DNA from: Octopus vulgaris
Taxonomy: Eukaryota
Reading direction: 5' to 3'
DNA length: 64,000 nucleotides
Assembly (NCBI GenBank): GCA_951406725.2
Contig: OX597831.1
Location: 48,856,001 to 48,920,000 of the forward strand
This document shows, one piece after another, positions 1 to 13,690 of the stretch (position 1 is its first letter; each line of letters starts with the position of its first letter). The position numbers were made by a program, and so were the translations under genes. The notes below the pieces were generated by a model. The model was not told the origin of the DNA. It was given only the letters and a program-made list of their open reading frames with translations, and searched no databases.

Positions 1-56
1 GTCCAATTCTTCATGCTCCACAGATCCACTCACTTTCACTGAATGTCTTCCCCTAA

Positions 57-277
57 CCCTTTCAATACCAACCCAGCTGAAACCGCCTCTGGTTGTGTAG
101 TACAAATGTCTTGTTTTCATAAGTTTTGAATTAAAATCTTCTACCAAACCTTAGTCACAATCTATGTTCCTTACACCAGCTTAATGATAACTAAGTTATT
201 TTACTAAATTCTTTGTTAATTTAAAATTAATTGAAAGAAACACAGAGCATCTCAAAATAAATATGGTAACGAAAAGG
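57..277. mobile_element. piggyBac-type non-autonomous element (MITE)
   Basis: Ends CCCTTTCaaTACCA ... TGGTAACGAAAAGG, flanked by cTAA/TTAA. Same family as 59001-59220 in the opposite orientation. Confidence 0.7.
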
Positions 278-808
278 TTAAAATGGACTGTGGTTCACTA
301 CAGCTGTTTTAGATGTGTTTTTTATTGATGAACAAAAGTGTTACATCATGCAAAAAAAACCTTTTCATCAGGTGAATACAGGTCAGATTTATACGTTTTG
401 AACATAGTTCCCATTTGTGAATGCTTTCACAACTGGAGTACAAATCTGTGTTTACTTTAGTAACTAAGAATTTCTCCTTAAATACTGTTTGTACACGATA
501 GCACTATCATCGACCTGGCTTTGGTACTTTACTATATAAGTACATGATTCTCCTGAATCCTGGAAATTTTATACACACACACAATGAATTCCTTTCAGTT
601 TCCATCTACCAAATCCCATTCACAAGAATTTGGTGAGCTTGGATCTATAATAGAAAGCACTTGCTAAAGGTATCATGCAGTGAGACTGAACCTAAAACCA
701 TGTGGTTAGGAAACAAATTTTTTAACCACGTGGTCATACTTGCACCTATTTGTGTATGTAATTTAGTTATAATGTGTATGTTTGTGCACTTGTTATTTGT
801 ATGTGTTT

Positions 809-1190
809 GAGGCGCAATGGCCCAGTGGTTAGTGCAGTGGACTTGCGGTCATAGGATCGCGGTTTCGATTCCCAGACCAGGCGTTGTGAGTGTTTATTGA
901 GCGAAAACACCTAAAAGCTCCACGAGGCTCCGGCAGGGGATGGTGGTGATCCCTGCTGTACTCTTTCACCACAACTTTCTCTCCCTCTTACTTCTTGTTT
1001 CTGTTGTACCTGTATTTCAAGGGGCTGGCCTTGTCACTCTCTGTGTCATGCTAAATATCCCCGAGAACTACATTAAGGGTGTACGTGTCTGTGGAGTACT
1101 CAGCCACTTACACGTTAATTTCATGAGCAGGCTGTTCCGTTGATTCGGATCAACTGGAACCCTCATCGTCGTAACCGACGGAGTGCTTCC
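809..1190 (+). mobile_element. tRNA-derived SINE, family A
   Basis: A box TGGCCCAGTGG and B box GGTTTCGATTCC. Body is shared with about 27330-27610 and, inverted, about 14990-15200. Confidence 0.8.
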
Positions 1191-2466
1191 ATCCATTTGT
1201 ATGTGTTTGGTTATGATATGTTCCTTGCATGTACAAATCAAATCAAGGGGGAAATATATTAAAATTATAAAGCTCGACATTTCTGCCCATGTGTGTGTAT
1301 GTGTGTGTATTGTCTGTGTGTGTATACGCTTCTATCTATGTATATGATCATGTGTATGTGTATTCTAACATTATACATATTTATATAATCATTTGTATGA
1401 AATTCAGCTGTTATATACACTCATGAGGCTGCATAGAATAATTTGTAAATTTAGATAAGATCATGTGGAAACACGAATACTAATGTTTCCAAGTAAGACT
1501 ATCTTCTGAGGGCTAAAATGTTAATGCTTTGGATGGCATTAAACAAATAGATTTCAAGAATGCACTAAAAGAGAAAAAAGCCATTTTCTCAGTCTCTCCT
1601 ACACATTAAATTTTTTTTCCCTATAACAAGTGGTGATGTTCAGATGTCAGTTTTATGACTCCCTATGGCATGACATCTTATTAGCAGACTTTTTAAAATT
1701 AATTTTGCTGATTCATACTATTATTTATTCCTTTCGTATTTAATATTTGCTATATATCATATTCATTCATGTACAATATGTACATGTGTGTATGGCCAAT
1801 GAAATTGCAGAAAAGATCTATTACTTATGTCTAATATGCTCTAAAATTTATTTTTTTTTAATATAATGATATATGAAGAAAAGTATGTTTTATTCTGATT
1901 GCTATATAAAATATACAGCTGCTTAAATTCCTGCATATTAAACAAAGTAAAAAGTAAATTTAAAACTAAACTTTGACTCACTGAACTATACTGATGTATG
2001 CTGTAAAAGTGCATCTGCCAGCTGTCAAATCAATATTATGAAAATCACTTGATCATATTATTTCGTGATAAAGTCTGTATTGAAAAGGGCCAGGTTGTCA
2101 CTCATTAAGGAGTGTACTATACTTTGTCTAATTATTTTAAGTGCCTTTGTTGTCATAGAAAGATGTAGACACCCACATGGCTCTCCTACCCTTTGATCTT
2201 TCACATCCAGGTTAAGACACCTGGAGAAGAAAGAGAGACAGAAAGAGCTGTATCAACTCTCATCTGATACTCCTTTTGCTGCTAAGTTGACTTGGATATA
2301 GTGAACTGGAGAGCCTTGCTCAAGGATAAAATGTACCAACTAGTCTAGTAATTGAACCTATGACATTAAGATCATGAGCCATGCAACATAACCACCAAGT
2401 CACACTCCTTCCCAAGGTAGATACTATCCTCAGTAAATGGTTTATAATTTTCAAGCCTAAAGAGTA

Positions 2467-3334
2467 CAAGATCTGATCAATAAATATCCGGACTGTTGCC
2501 TTAGTAATGAAGCTAAAGCACACAGAGTAAAGTTGTTGGGCAGAGATTGACCTTGAACATTGCTGTGTATGTGCACTAAGTTTTAACGTTCTAGCATATT
2601 TCTGCTGTCTACAGCAGTGCTTGGAAGGAAGGTGTGTAGCATGGGATCATCACATTGACCATGACAGAGAAAGTTGTCATGACAATACCTGCTAAGAGGC
2701 CTACACAAAGTTGCAGAAGGTGTATGGAGAGGAGTGTATGAGCTGCACACAAGTGTATTAGTCATACAGACGTTTCCAAAATGGCCGAAAAAATTCAATA
2801 TTGACGAACGTTCTGGGAAACCCACAACCAGCAGAACTGAGAGAAAATTCACCGATATGCGTTCATCAATGAGGGGAAATCATTGAATCCCCATCCATGA
2901 CTTATCAGCGGATGTGCTGATTGGTTATGGTTCAGTTCAGTCCATTATCAATACTTGGGTATGAGACTCGTATCTGCCAAGTTTGTGCCCAAACTGCTTT
3001 CAGCTGACCAAAAAGACACTCGGATTTCAGTTGCACAAGATCTCCTTGATTGTGTCGAGAATGATGAAAACCTTTTGAAAACTTTGTGTATGCCTCTGAG
3101 TAGGTATTATCAAGTTTTTGGCAAAATTTGATGCAGATTCTCTGCTCAAATTTCTCTGTCATGGTCAATGCAACAATCACATGCTACACACCTTCCTTCA
3201 AAACACTGCTGTGAACAGCGGAAGTGAGCTAGAACATTAAAACTTAGTGTGCAATCTATGCCAAGCAGCTTCATTCTGTATGCTTAAGCTTTGTTACTAT
3301 GGCAACAGTCCAGGTACTTAATGATCAGACCACG
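2467..3334. mobile_element. Mariner-derived foldback element made of two 5' ends
   Basis: TA flanks at 2465-2466 and 3335-3336. About 250-bp inverted arms each contain the transposase start (MTEKFEQRICIKFCQKL on the minus strand). The plus strand continues through a FVPKLL-like linker. Confidence 0.85.
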
Positions 3335-3359
3335 TATTTAGTTAGCCATTGCTTTATGT

Positions 3360-3700
3360 ATTACTACTTAGTTAAGCCCTTTACTCTCTATGGAGTATAG
3401 GTCATCAACTACTTTTCTCCACTGTTCTGGACCCTAGGATGCCTTTTCTTATTCCAGGTCTTGTTGGGTTTGAATTACCATCGGTGCTTCTGTAACTTGG
3501 CTTTTTCTTTTTTTTTTTTTCTTTTGGCACCCTACACAAACCCATTTTTAACTCTAAGAAGTTGAGGTCCATATGAATCTTGCTTCTATCCTTTGACCTG
3601 TCCAGTATGGAGGGCCTACTATGAGCTTGTGCTCCACTGGCATAGCTGTCAGGGTCATTGAAACACACAAACCACCATCCAGCAACAAGGACTTGTTCTT
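3360..3700 (-). repeat. Dispersed RTE-related repeat, second copy at about 61300-61730
   Basis: Shared CTGTCCAG...TGGCATAGCT.TCAGGGTCA.TGA..CA block. The RTE assignment is from recognition only. Confidence 0.55.
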
Positions 3701-3975
3701 GTGGTGGATTGATTCATATATTGTCAACATGTATTTGCTGAAAGCTGGAACTTGGCACTGAGTTAATAAAGCAGTAAACATGAAGTTTATTGCTGAAGAA
3801 AATCATATTTACTTAAAAATCAGTACCAGTACTGGTATACAAAACCTTGAAACTTACTTACAGCAGCTGAAGCTAGTACTTAATTGACTATCTCTCTACA
3901 GTCACAACAGATACAGCTCTACCAACACAGACTAAGGCAAGACTTTACAGGTACAGATCAGATGGACCATGGTCC

Positions 3976-4587
3976 ATGCTTCAACATTCCATAGTGAATA
4001 TATTGAATTAGTTCCCAGTTCGTTAATGTAGATCTAGTGAAAGAATTTTAACTGGACACTGAAAGATTATAAAACATTTGTCAGTTATAATTTGCATCAT
4101 TTTTCACAATTATAAACTGCACCTATCTATATCTAAGTGCCTTTGTCCAGTTCCTGGAATAACTGGGCTGACAGTTAGTTTAGATGAGTTTTTTATTGAT
4201 GAACAAAAGTGTTACATCATGCAAAAAAGACGTTTTCATCAGGTGAATACAGGTCAGAATTATACGTTTTGAACATAGTTGCCATTTGTGAATGGTTTCA
4301 CAACTGGAGTACAAATCTGTATTTACTTTAGTAATTAAGTATTAAGTCCATGAGACTTAATGATGCTTCAACATTTCAAAGTGAATATATTGAATTGGTT
4401 CCCAGTTCATTAATGTAGATCCAGTGAAAGTATTTTAACTGGACACAGAAAGATTATAAAACATTTGTCAGTTATAATTTGCGTCATTTGTCGCAATTAT
4501 AAACTGCACCTATCTTGGAGCTTATCTATAATGGCATATCTAAATCTAAGTGTCTTTGTCCAGATCCTGGAATAACTGGGCTGACAG
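3976..4587 (+). repeat. Local X-Y-X' duplication
   Basis: 3976-4175 is nearly identical to 4364-4587. The intervening 4179-4340 is a copy of 308-468. Confidence 0.9.
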
Positions 4588-4632
4588 CTTTCTTGTCCAC
4601 TGATCCTGCTTGCAGTTTCAAAATAGCATAAG

Positions 4633-4790
4633 GCACAAGCTTAACTGTGTGGTTAAAAAATTTGCTCCACAACCACGTGATTTGTGGTTTCAATCCCACT
4701 GTCTGGTACCTTCGATAAGTATCTTCAACTATAGCTTGGGCTAACCAAAGCCTTGTTAATGGATTTGGTGAATGGAAACTGAAAGAAGCT
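4633..4790 (+). mobile_element. tRNA-derived SINE, family C (CORE/V-type); representative copy
   Basis: CTGTGTGGTTAA..TTGCT..CAACCAC.TG...GGTTTCAATCCCACTG...GGATTTGGT...GGAAACTGAAAGAAGC. Other copies at about 590-745(-), 6040-6150(-), 7110-7260(-), 16630-16770(-), 18440-18580(-), 22170-22312(-) and 52195-52335(+). Confidence 0.75.
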
Positions 4791-7439
4791 TATCATATGT
4801 ATGTACATTAGTATGTGTGCTCGAAAGCACATGTGTATGTTTGATTCTGCTTTCTTGTCTTGGTTTAATGTGAGTGTTGTAAACGAGTCTCACCATCATA
4901 TAAATGTTGTTAGTTGTTTCCACTCTTTCATGAAAATATGTCCTGTCATGAGGAAATATCACATTTCTTACAAACAACTGAGAGTTGACAGTAGGAAGGG
5001 CATCCAGCCATAGACAATCTGCCTCAACAAATTCTGTCAGACCTGCACAAACATGAAAAATTGTAGGGCATTTAAATGATAATAATGAAATTCCTAATGT
5101 GGGCATAAAAGCTTAATGAATTGTCAGTGAGTTTAATTAAAACCTTCATTAATCCATTTTTGATGAAGCTCGCGGCTTATGTTTCCAAATCAAATTTTAA
5201 AACAATCAAGAATTTACAAGGATTTAGTAAAGTAAATTTGTCATTACCAAGCTGCTTTTTGGAAGATAATTTACTAAAATATTCTCGAAAATATAATTAT
5301 GACAGACAGCTTTAATTTAAGAATGAACACTTTAAAACAGAGTTTTGTATCATGGAACTAGAATCAGTCTCCTGCAGGTTAGTAATAAAAGAGTTAGCTA
5401 TGTTTGTCAAAAACCCAGGTTGATATCATTGTTTGAATCATCATCATCATTGCCATCAGCAGCATCATCATCATCATCATCATCATCATTGTCATTGTCA
5501 CTGTTATCATTTTATCATCCACTTTTCCTTGCTTGCATGAGCAGGCCTTCTTGTCACAAACCTGAATGCACCCTTGTTTACCACCATGTTTTCCACCATG
5601 ATCTGGACATGCAAGATTGGAAATGAATGATAATGCTTGTATGAGAGTAGCAGTCATTTACAACCATTACACGATAACAAGATTAACAATACTATTGTTG
5701 GATTCTCCCATCAATTTCAACATATAAGGGTCTGTCAGCTTTTATATATTTTGGCTTTTTTACTTTTGTTTTAGTTTTATGTCTCTCATGAGACCTTAAT
5801 CCAGCTGTTGTCTAATCCATTATGTCTAATCCACAGATTAAACATAAGAAAGGTTGTTTATAGAAAGTGACTGGCACGTTTGTTCAAGACTTTGTTTAAG
5901 CTCTCAGTTCTTTAAGATGATCCAGATGGCCCAATTCATAGCTCATTGTGGTTTGTGGCAAGTTAATCTCCATTCATTGTGATTCAAGGCAGTTTTGTTT
6001 TTTCTTTTAGTTTCTCTCTGCCAAAACAGCTCACAAATCTTTGATCAGTTCGGGGCTATATTAGAACAACACATGACTACAGTACCACAGAATGGGATTG
6101 AATCCATGACCGCACGGTTGGGAAGCAAGCTTCTTAACCACACACCCATACCTGTATCTGAATAAGAGCCATTAATTCTTATAGACAATAAACTGGTAGC
6201 TTTCCTACCAATTTGGCCTGCTTTCAATTTCAAAATAGAATTAGAAAGGGAAACACAGTTAAATAATTCACCATTTCCTTTCTATTACAAAAGAAAGAAT
6301 CATCTTGCCAGTAGTAATCTTTACTTTATTTTTTTCAAAAGTTAACCAAATTTAATTTAAAAGAAATGAAATACATTATATCATATGATCTTTATACAAT
6401 TATTTAATTTGATTTACTTTTCTTTTATGATTTCACTTGAAAGTTCTTAATCTTTATACACGGCTGCTATTTTGATCTAACTTAATCTCATCTAAGCATT
6501 TTTAACCATTCATGTCCTTTTGCACTGTATACTCTTTCGTTATAGGTTTATATTTAGATGGCCCACACTGTTGCCAACAAAGTGGTAGAGAGAGAGAGAG
6601 TGAGTGTTTTGGCACAAATTTTACATTCAGTTTTCATTATTATTACAAGAGTTAAGGTAGCAAGCTAGCAGAAACGCTTAGCGGTATTTTGCTCATCACA
6701 ACATTTCTCAGTTTAAATTCCACCAAGGTTAACTTTGCCTTTCATCCTTTCAGGGTTTATAAATTAAGTACCAGTTGAGCACTGAGGCCGATGTAATCAA
6801 ATGTCCCCCATCTCCACAAAATCCAGGTCTTGTGCCTATAGTAGAAAGGATTATTATTACGAGAGTGAATGTGGCAAGCTGGCATAATTGTTATTACATT
6901 GGATATAATGCTTAGTGGCATTTCTTCTGGTTTTTATTCTTTTATTCTTCTACTTGTTTCACTCATTAGACCGCAGCCATGCTGGAGCACTACCTCAAAG
7001 AATTTTAGCCAAATTAATCAACCCCAGTACTTTATTTTTTAAACCTGGTACTTTTTCTATTGGTCTCTTTGGCCAAAACTGCTAAGTTACAGGGATGTAA
7101 ACACACCAGCAGGCTTCTTTCAGTTTCTATCTACCAAATCCAGTCATAAGACTTTGGTCGGCCCAAGGCTATAGTAGAAGACACTTACCCAAGGTGTCAT
7201 GCAGTGGAACTGAACCCAAAACCATATGGTTGGAAAACAAGCTTCTTACCACACAGCCACTTATGTGCCTATGCTTTTCTTTACATTTTGAGTTCAAATT
7301 ACACTGAGGTCAACTTTGCCTTCCATCTTTCCAGGGTTTATAAAACAAAGTACTAGTCAAGTACTGGGATCAGTGTAATAGACTTGCTCCCTTCCCTCAA
7401 AATTGCAAGGACCCTATTAGGCATGTTACTGATCAGATG

Positions 7440-8390
7440 ATGAATATTTTCTTGCGGAATTTCTTACCAAATTTCATGCAGTAATCTCAGAAGATTTGGT
7501 TTTGAAGATGCTTTCTTGTTCTTTTTATGAAGTGTCCTGTCCATTATGTCCCAGAGGTGTTTCATGGGGTTCATATCTGGAGACTGGATTGGCCATAGAA
7601 GCTTTTCAATGGCATTCTCAACCAACAAATCTTGGGTCATTTTAACCGTGTGACAAGGAGCCCCATCTTCCATAAATAAAGTGTCTTCTTTAATCATTTC
7701 ACCACTGGAGAAGATTGGAAGGAGTCCTTTCTGCAATGTGGACACATATTTATCTGAGTTTATGTTTTCCCTCATACTCCACCAGCTCTGATCTACCATT
7801 GCTCCAAATTGCTCCCCAGACCATCACAGAATAGCTGCCATATTTCATTGTTAGCTGCAATCTTTTCACATCAAATTTTTGATCACAGAGTCTCCAGATC
7901 CACACTCGACCACTGTTAGGAAAAACAGCAAATCTGGACTCATCAGAGAATATGACAGTGTCCCAAAATGTTAGTAGCCTCTCTGCCATTTCACTAGCCC
8001 AATCTTTTCTCCGCTTGATGTTGGTTGGTCAAAGAAGTAGCTTCCTTCTTACCACTCTGCCATAGTAACCTAGTTTGTGGAGATATCTGAAAGCTGTTCT
8101 GGGACTGACATCAACTTGTTCTGCTATGTCAGAGGCTTTGCAACAACGATTATCCTCCACATTTAACAAAGAGAAGGGTCCTGTTAGAGGGCCCATATTG
8201 ATCTGGGTGAGATGACATGGACTCCTTCCTCTCTCTGGTGAATTGCACAATCACTCTATTAACTATAGAAAGCAAGATCCCAAGGTTTTCTGCGATTCTA
8301 CGCTGACTACGTTCACCTTCAGAGTGACCCACAATATAGCCTCTTTGAAATTCAGACAGTTCCAAGGCTTCTTTTATACATGACATGATT
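7440..8390 (-). mobile_element. Decayed Tc1 (DD34E) transposase pseudogene
   Basis: Four frameshifted ORF pieces: [32 protein letters not shown] and FMEDGAPCH...SPDMNPMKHLW. Spacing from the second D to the third catalytic position is 34 residues, with E mutated to K. Confidence 0.92.
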
Positions 8391-9210
8391 AAACAGTCAC
8401 ATATAGAACCTGAAACCTAAAAATGTCAATCAATAAAGAACATAAACCTTTACAAGTTAGAATAAACATAAAACGATGTTTTATGATCTGTCTATTTACT
8501 TCTGTCATGTCTGTGTATATCGTCAGTGATCCAAAAGAGAAGCACACTTTAAGTTATCGAGCACATAGAGTAAATAGTTAAAGATAGTTTTACTCCCTCC
8601 ACTTTGAAGAGAGGTTATAGGCCACTGGCCATTAAGGCCTGATGAGCCACTATAAAGTTAAGCGCTTTATAGATTTGAAACGTTGGGTAACCCCATAGAA
8701 CAGCCAAAACTATCTTCATCTAATGACATATATGTGTATGTGTGTGTATGTATATATGCATGAGTGTGCATTTGTGTGTGGATGTGTGTGTGTGTGTGTG
8801 CGTGTGCGTGTTTGTTTGTGAGTCCGTCTGTATTTCTTCCTTGTCTTCACATATGTTCACTGTTTGTGTTAAAGAAATACACCACTGTTCATACTGGCTG
8901 TGTTGTTTGTTTCCTGTTCTCTGCCTGACTATGTCCAGGCTGGCTGGCTATTCATTGTTCAATAGACTGGAGCATAATTAAACTCGCTTGGCAACAAGTG
9001 ATGTTGGAGCTAGAAGGGGAATTCAACCATAGAAAATTCTGCTCCACCATTGTCTCTGTTAACCCATGCAAGCATAAAAATGTTAGATGTTAAAATAAGG
9101 ATGATGATAATGATATATACACACACACATATATATGTATATATATGCATGCATATGTGTGTATAAACACACACACACATAGATATATATAAACTTACTA
9201 TGCATGTATA

Positions 9211-10118
9211 CAAGGGGGTACCCAAAAGTAACCAGAAACGTTCTCTGTGTGACAAATCCATGGTAGCTCAGACTTCCGTCGCTAGAAGCCACTTGATGCA
9301 ACCTTCAGGCATCAGTCTACCAACTGGTATTGTTAGGTATAGTCATACTACCATATAATGCATCTTCATTTTGCAGTGCTTCTCCCTTGTTCATCAATTT
9401 TTGCAATGGCTGAAACAAAGGAACAGCATGCTTCCAAGAAATTCTGTTTTCTGCTGGAGAATATGGTGACCAAAACAGTTTTTATGCTTCAAACAACTTA
9501 CAAGGACACTGCCATGAGCAAAACCACAAGTTTACAAGTGGTTTCCATGCTTTAGGAATGGTCATTTGTCTCTTGAAGACCAACCTCATTCAGGATGACT
9601 GTCAACCTCCTGAATGAATGAAAACCTCATGAAAATCCATGAACTGATCTTGAAGCACCATTATCGAACAATTGATGAATTTGTTGACATGACCGGTGTA
9701 TCCTGGAGCTCCTACCAACGAATTTTGAGTGAGGAATTGCAAATGAAAAGAGTTGCAGCAAAATTTGAGCCTCGCTTGCTCATGGAAAATCAAAAGCAGT
9801 CATAAATGAATGTGCGTCATGAACTGAAAGAACAGTTGGAAGTTGATCCAGATCTTTTTTTCGAAGGTCATCACTGGTGATGAAAGCTGGTGCTATGGAA
9901 TTTTCAGATGTGGAAGAGGTGAAGAAAAAAATGATGGAGGCATAAAAAGGCATCACTTGACAAGAGTTCCAGCATTGCTTCAAATAGTGGAAAACACAAT
10001 TGGACCGATGCATTGTTTCATACAGAGAATACTTTGAAGACAATAAAAGTGTAAACATGTAAAACTAAGTGAATAAAATAATATTGCAAAATTTTAGTTT
10101 CTTTTTGGTATCCCCTCA
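9211..10118 (+). mobile_element. Internally deleted mariner element
   Basis: TIRs CAAGGGGGTACCCAAAAG / CTTTTTGGTATCCCCTCA with TA flanks. Fragments EQHASKKFCF, RVAAKFEPRLL and VITGDESWCYG. Confidence 0.9.
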
Positions 10119-11658
10119 TATATATATATGTGTGTATACATATATGCATGTCATGTAAAAATGCCTGTGCAGTGCCTCATAAAAGCACCCAGCACACTCT
10201 AAAGTGGTTGGTGTTAGGAAGGGCATCCAGCCATAGAAATCATATCAAATCAGACTGGAGTCCACCAACTTACCAGCTCTGGTCATACCGTACAACCCAT
10301 GCAGGCATGAACAACAGACATTAAATGATAAGGATGGTGAACTTCTGTATATAAATGTACCATGCACACAAGAGGAGGGCTGTATGTTTACATAGGGCAG
10401 ACAGCTGATTCATTTAAGAATTGTTATCACAACGATGTCACCAGCTTCAACAAAATCAGTAAGAGACATTCAACATCTTTGGCTGATTTTTTGTGTGGCG
10501 ACTGAAGGAGGATAAAATTAAGTACAACATAACTTGGTCCATAGTAAGGCATGCAAAACCATACAATATCATTTCCAGGAGATGCTGACTCTGCCCTGAG
10601 AAATCCCTGTCTATTCTGTGGACCAATGTGAAGATCATTAATAGAATTTCTGAAAGACTTCCAAGATGCCTACATGCATATAAATGTTGTTGGCATCCTT
10701 TTGTCTCATGAGACAATGGAGTTGCACATAAACTAATCCAGTCTGGTTTTTACATTTCATGTCCTCTCCAGTTTTGTGCAGGCCTGGGCTAGATGTAAGA
10801 AAATCTTGGGTAGCCCAATCGTCAGGATTCCTGTCTCGACCTTGCTGAGGTAGTCCAAAGGAGTGCAGAGCATTATGTTTGGCACCAGCTTGGTTGCAGG
10901 AGCAGCAGGAAGAGTGCTGAGTCGAACACTAAACTGCCTATGGGGCTCCACTCCGGATTTCTTTGAAGGTTGTCTCCTTTCCGTAACCCTGGATAGGGGC
11001 CCATACCGGCTACTGTCAGCCAGAGTCAGCTGAGCCCAAGACTCATGTCAGGCAAGGTCGTCACTCCCTGAAGTAGTGAAGAAAATCGCTACCCACTACC
11101 TAAATGTACTTTCACACAATGCAGTGGGAATAAAATTGAGTAACTGTTAACATAATTTACTTTGAGCTTTAACCTCCTCGTTTTTATAAACATTAAGTAG
11201 CTACTTTTAACTCGCTATGTGAATGTGTGTACCAAACCACACGTGTGCATATGCTTACCTTTCCATGGATGCTTGTATGAACATGTGTACATGGTGCATG
11301 TGTACATGCACCATGAGGGCATTTATACATCCATATGTGTTAACAGTTACTTTTAATACTTTTCTCGCTGCATTATGCATTCATTTCTCTTTTGCATCTG
11401 TTATATTATTTTTGATCTTCTATATAAATGAAGATGTATCCTTGTTTTGCTGCTTTTCTTTCTACAAAATGAGAAGATGCATTGCAGAACTCTTATTTTA
11501 ATGAGTTATATCTATTCATCACCTAAAGAGACACATCTGCATTATTGGATGTTCCTGAACCAGTTGTTAAGTATCCCACTTGTGAGGGATCGATGCTACA
11601 TGCGTCAAAACAAATGTCATGATTAATAAAAATTCTCATATCTTCCACCTTCCATTTA

Positions 11659-11748
<90 letters not shown>

Positions 11749-12887
11749 GTATATATACATGTGTATATTTATGTATGTGTGTGTATATATATATATATAC
11801 ATATGTATATATAGCAAAAAAATGATGTATATTAGTTAAAAAAGGTATGTAGTTTGTGGTTTGTGTTTCTGATTCTGACCCCATGTGAATTTATCGATTT
11901 TTTTCAGAACTGGGGAACTTTTCAAAATTTTCGCTGCGTTAGTTTTGAATTATGACATTGGGCTATGTGTGTGTCAAGTTTATATATAGGGTGAGGGTAC
12001 AAGCAAACAGACACACAGAAAAACGCACAGACAAACTGCCGTTTATATATATATATATATATGTACATGTACACATATGTGTGTGTGTATTTATGTATGT
12101 ATGTATGTATGTATGTATGTATGAGACAATAGTCTACTCTGAGTACCACTCTTAGTTGGACTGAAGTATGATACATTGTTACATTACTAAATGTGTGTGT
12201 TTTTTTTTTAGAAGGGTATTTTTTTTAGAAGGGCAAGATCCCTGAACATAGGAGTTTTCAATCCACTCAGCAATTTCCCTTAGCTTACTGACAAGATACT
12301 AACTGTCCTTGGGTTTAATTGTGGCCAATGTATATTCTTGCCAGTTACCAGGAAATCTGAACTTATTTATTTTGTGCTACTAAAATATTATCAGGAAATG
12401 AATTTAAACTGATTCTATTGAATAACAAATGGTAGCACTATTTTGGATTTCTTTAAAGTTCAGCTTTTGGCTTCACCTGGTTTACAGACATTTGAACTTT
12501 AAACAAACTAAGAAAATAGCTTCACTTGCCAGTGTTTATCTAAGCAGAAATATTGAAATGAATCTTAATGAAGATAAACAGTCTTTTTGGTAGCATATAC
12601 ATACTCATTTGTTTGTTTATATCTCTGTTTTTCCATTTTTGCATGGGTTAGGGGAATATGTTATTAAAGTATGGTCTTACAGCCAGATGTTTTTTCTGGC
12701 ACTGATCCTTACCTATTTTTCAAGTGTGGCACCTCTTATTTCGCACATCTTCAATGTTGCAACGCCAGTGGATGACTGGTTAACAAAAGAAATGACATCA
12801 CTGTTTGTAACTCAAGATTTTGAAGAAATTTACGTGGAAATAAACACACAGACATACACATACATACATACTCACATACATTATATA

Positions 12888-12948
<61 letters not shown>

Positions 12949-13274
12949 AAATAGCAGAAAAGCTGTTCTATACATCGTCTCTTTTTACATACCTTGTACA
13001 AGTATCTTCCTCTATAGCGCTGGGCCAACCAAAGCCTTGTGACAGAAACTCAAAGACCATCGTGTGTGTGTGCATGCACACATGTGCACGTGTGCATGTA
13101 TACACACACAAGTGTGTGTTTGTGTCCCTTTGTCTTGATATCACATGATAGTTGTGTGTGTCCCCATCATATAAGCAGTGTCTTTCATTTCTAGTCTTCC
13201 ATGAAAGCATGTCTAGTCTTCTATGCATGTATTCTCATGCATATAGCTACATATCTAGGCATGCTCATATATAT

Positions 13275-13690
13275 TTAAATGATAAACTTCTGGAAGGTTT
13301 TACAGATTTTTACAATTCCAGTGATGGACTGGATCAGTAGTCTTCGAATTAGCTTTCTCCTTTCTGGTTTTGAGAAGCCTAATTTCTCAAGATTAGTATT
13401 TAGGCAGTGTGTTACATATCTCAGGGTCCCAATAATTGCAGGTATAAACCTGAACTTGTAATATGGATAGAGTAACTGCAGATTTTTCAATAGTTCAGCA
13501 TAGGATCTCTCTTTTTCACTGATCTTCAGCTTTATGTTAACATCTGCCGGGCAGCTAATTTCCACAACTGTGCACAGTTTCTCTTCTTAATCCCAAATCA
13601 TTAAATCAGGTCTTACATTTTATTGAGGTCTTCACTGGTACATTCCACCAGTATTCCTTTTTTATTATGAGTGGCTGTGGCTTCTACCAT
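13275..13690 (-). mobile_element. 3' end of an R4/Dong-like non-LTR retrotransposon (restriction-like endonuclease)
   Basis: WWNVPVKT...RPDL.IWD...VVEISCPADVNI...EKERSY...FIPAIIG, a PD-(D/E)xK-type C-terminus. Confidence 0.85.

Noticed and set aside
809-880. tRNA gene
   Set aside because: The A/B boxes continue into a repeated SINE body, so this is a SINE head and not a tRNA.
4360-4585. Box C/D snoRNA in X'
   Set aside because: The C box is imperfect (ATGATGC) and there is no terminal stem or recognisable guide.
10440-11100. Possible gene or LINE 5' region (GC-richer, minus strand)
   Set aside because: Stops in all frames and no motif I can name. It is probably a retroelement fragment but cannot be supported.
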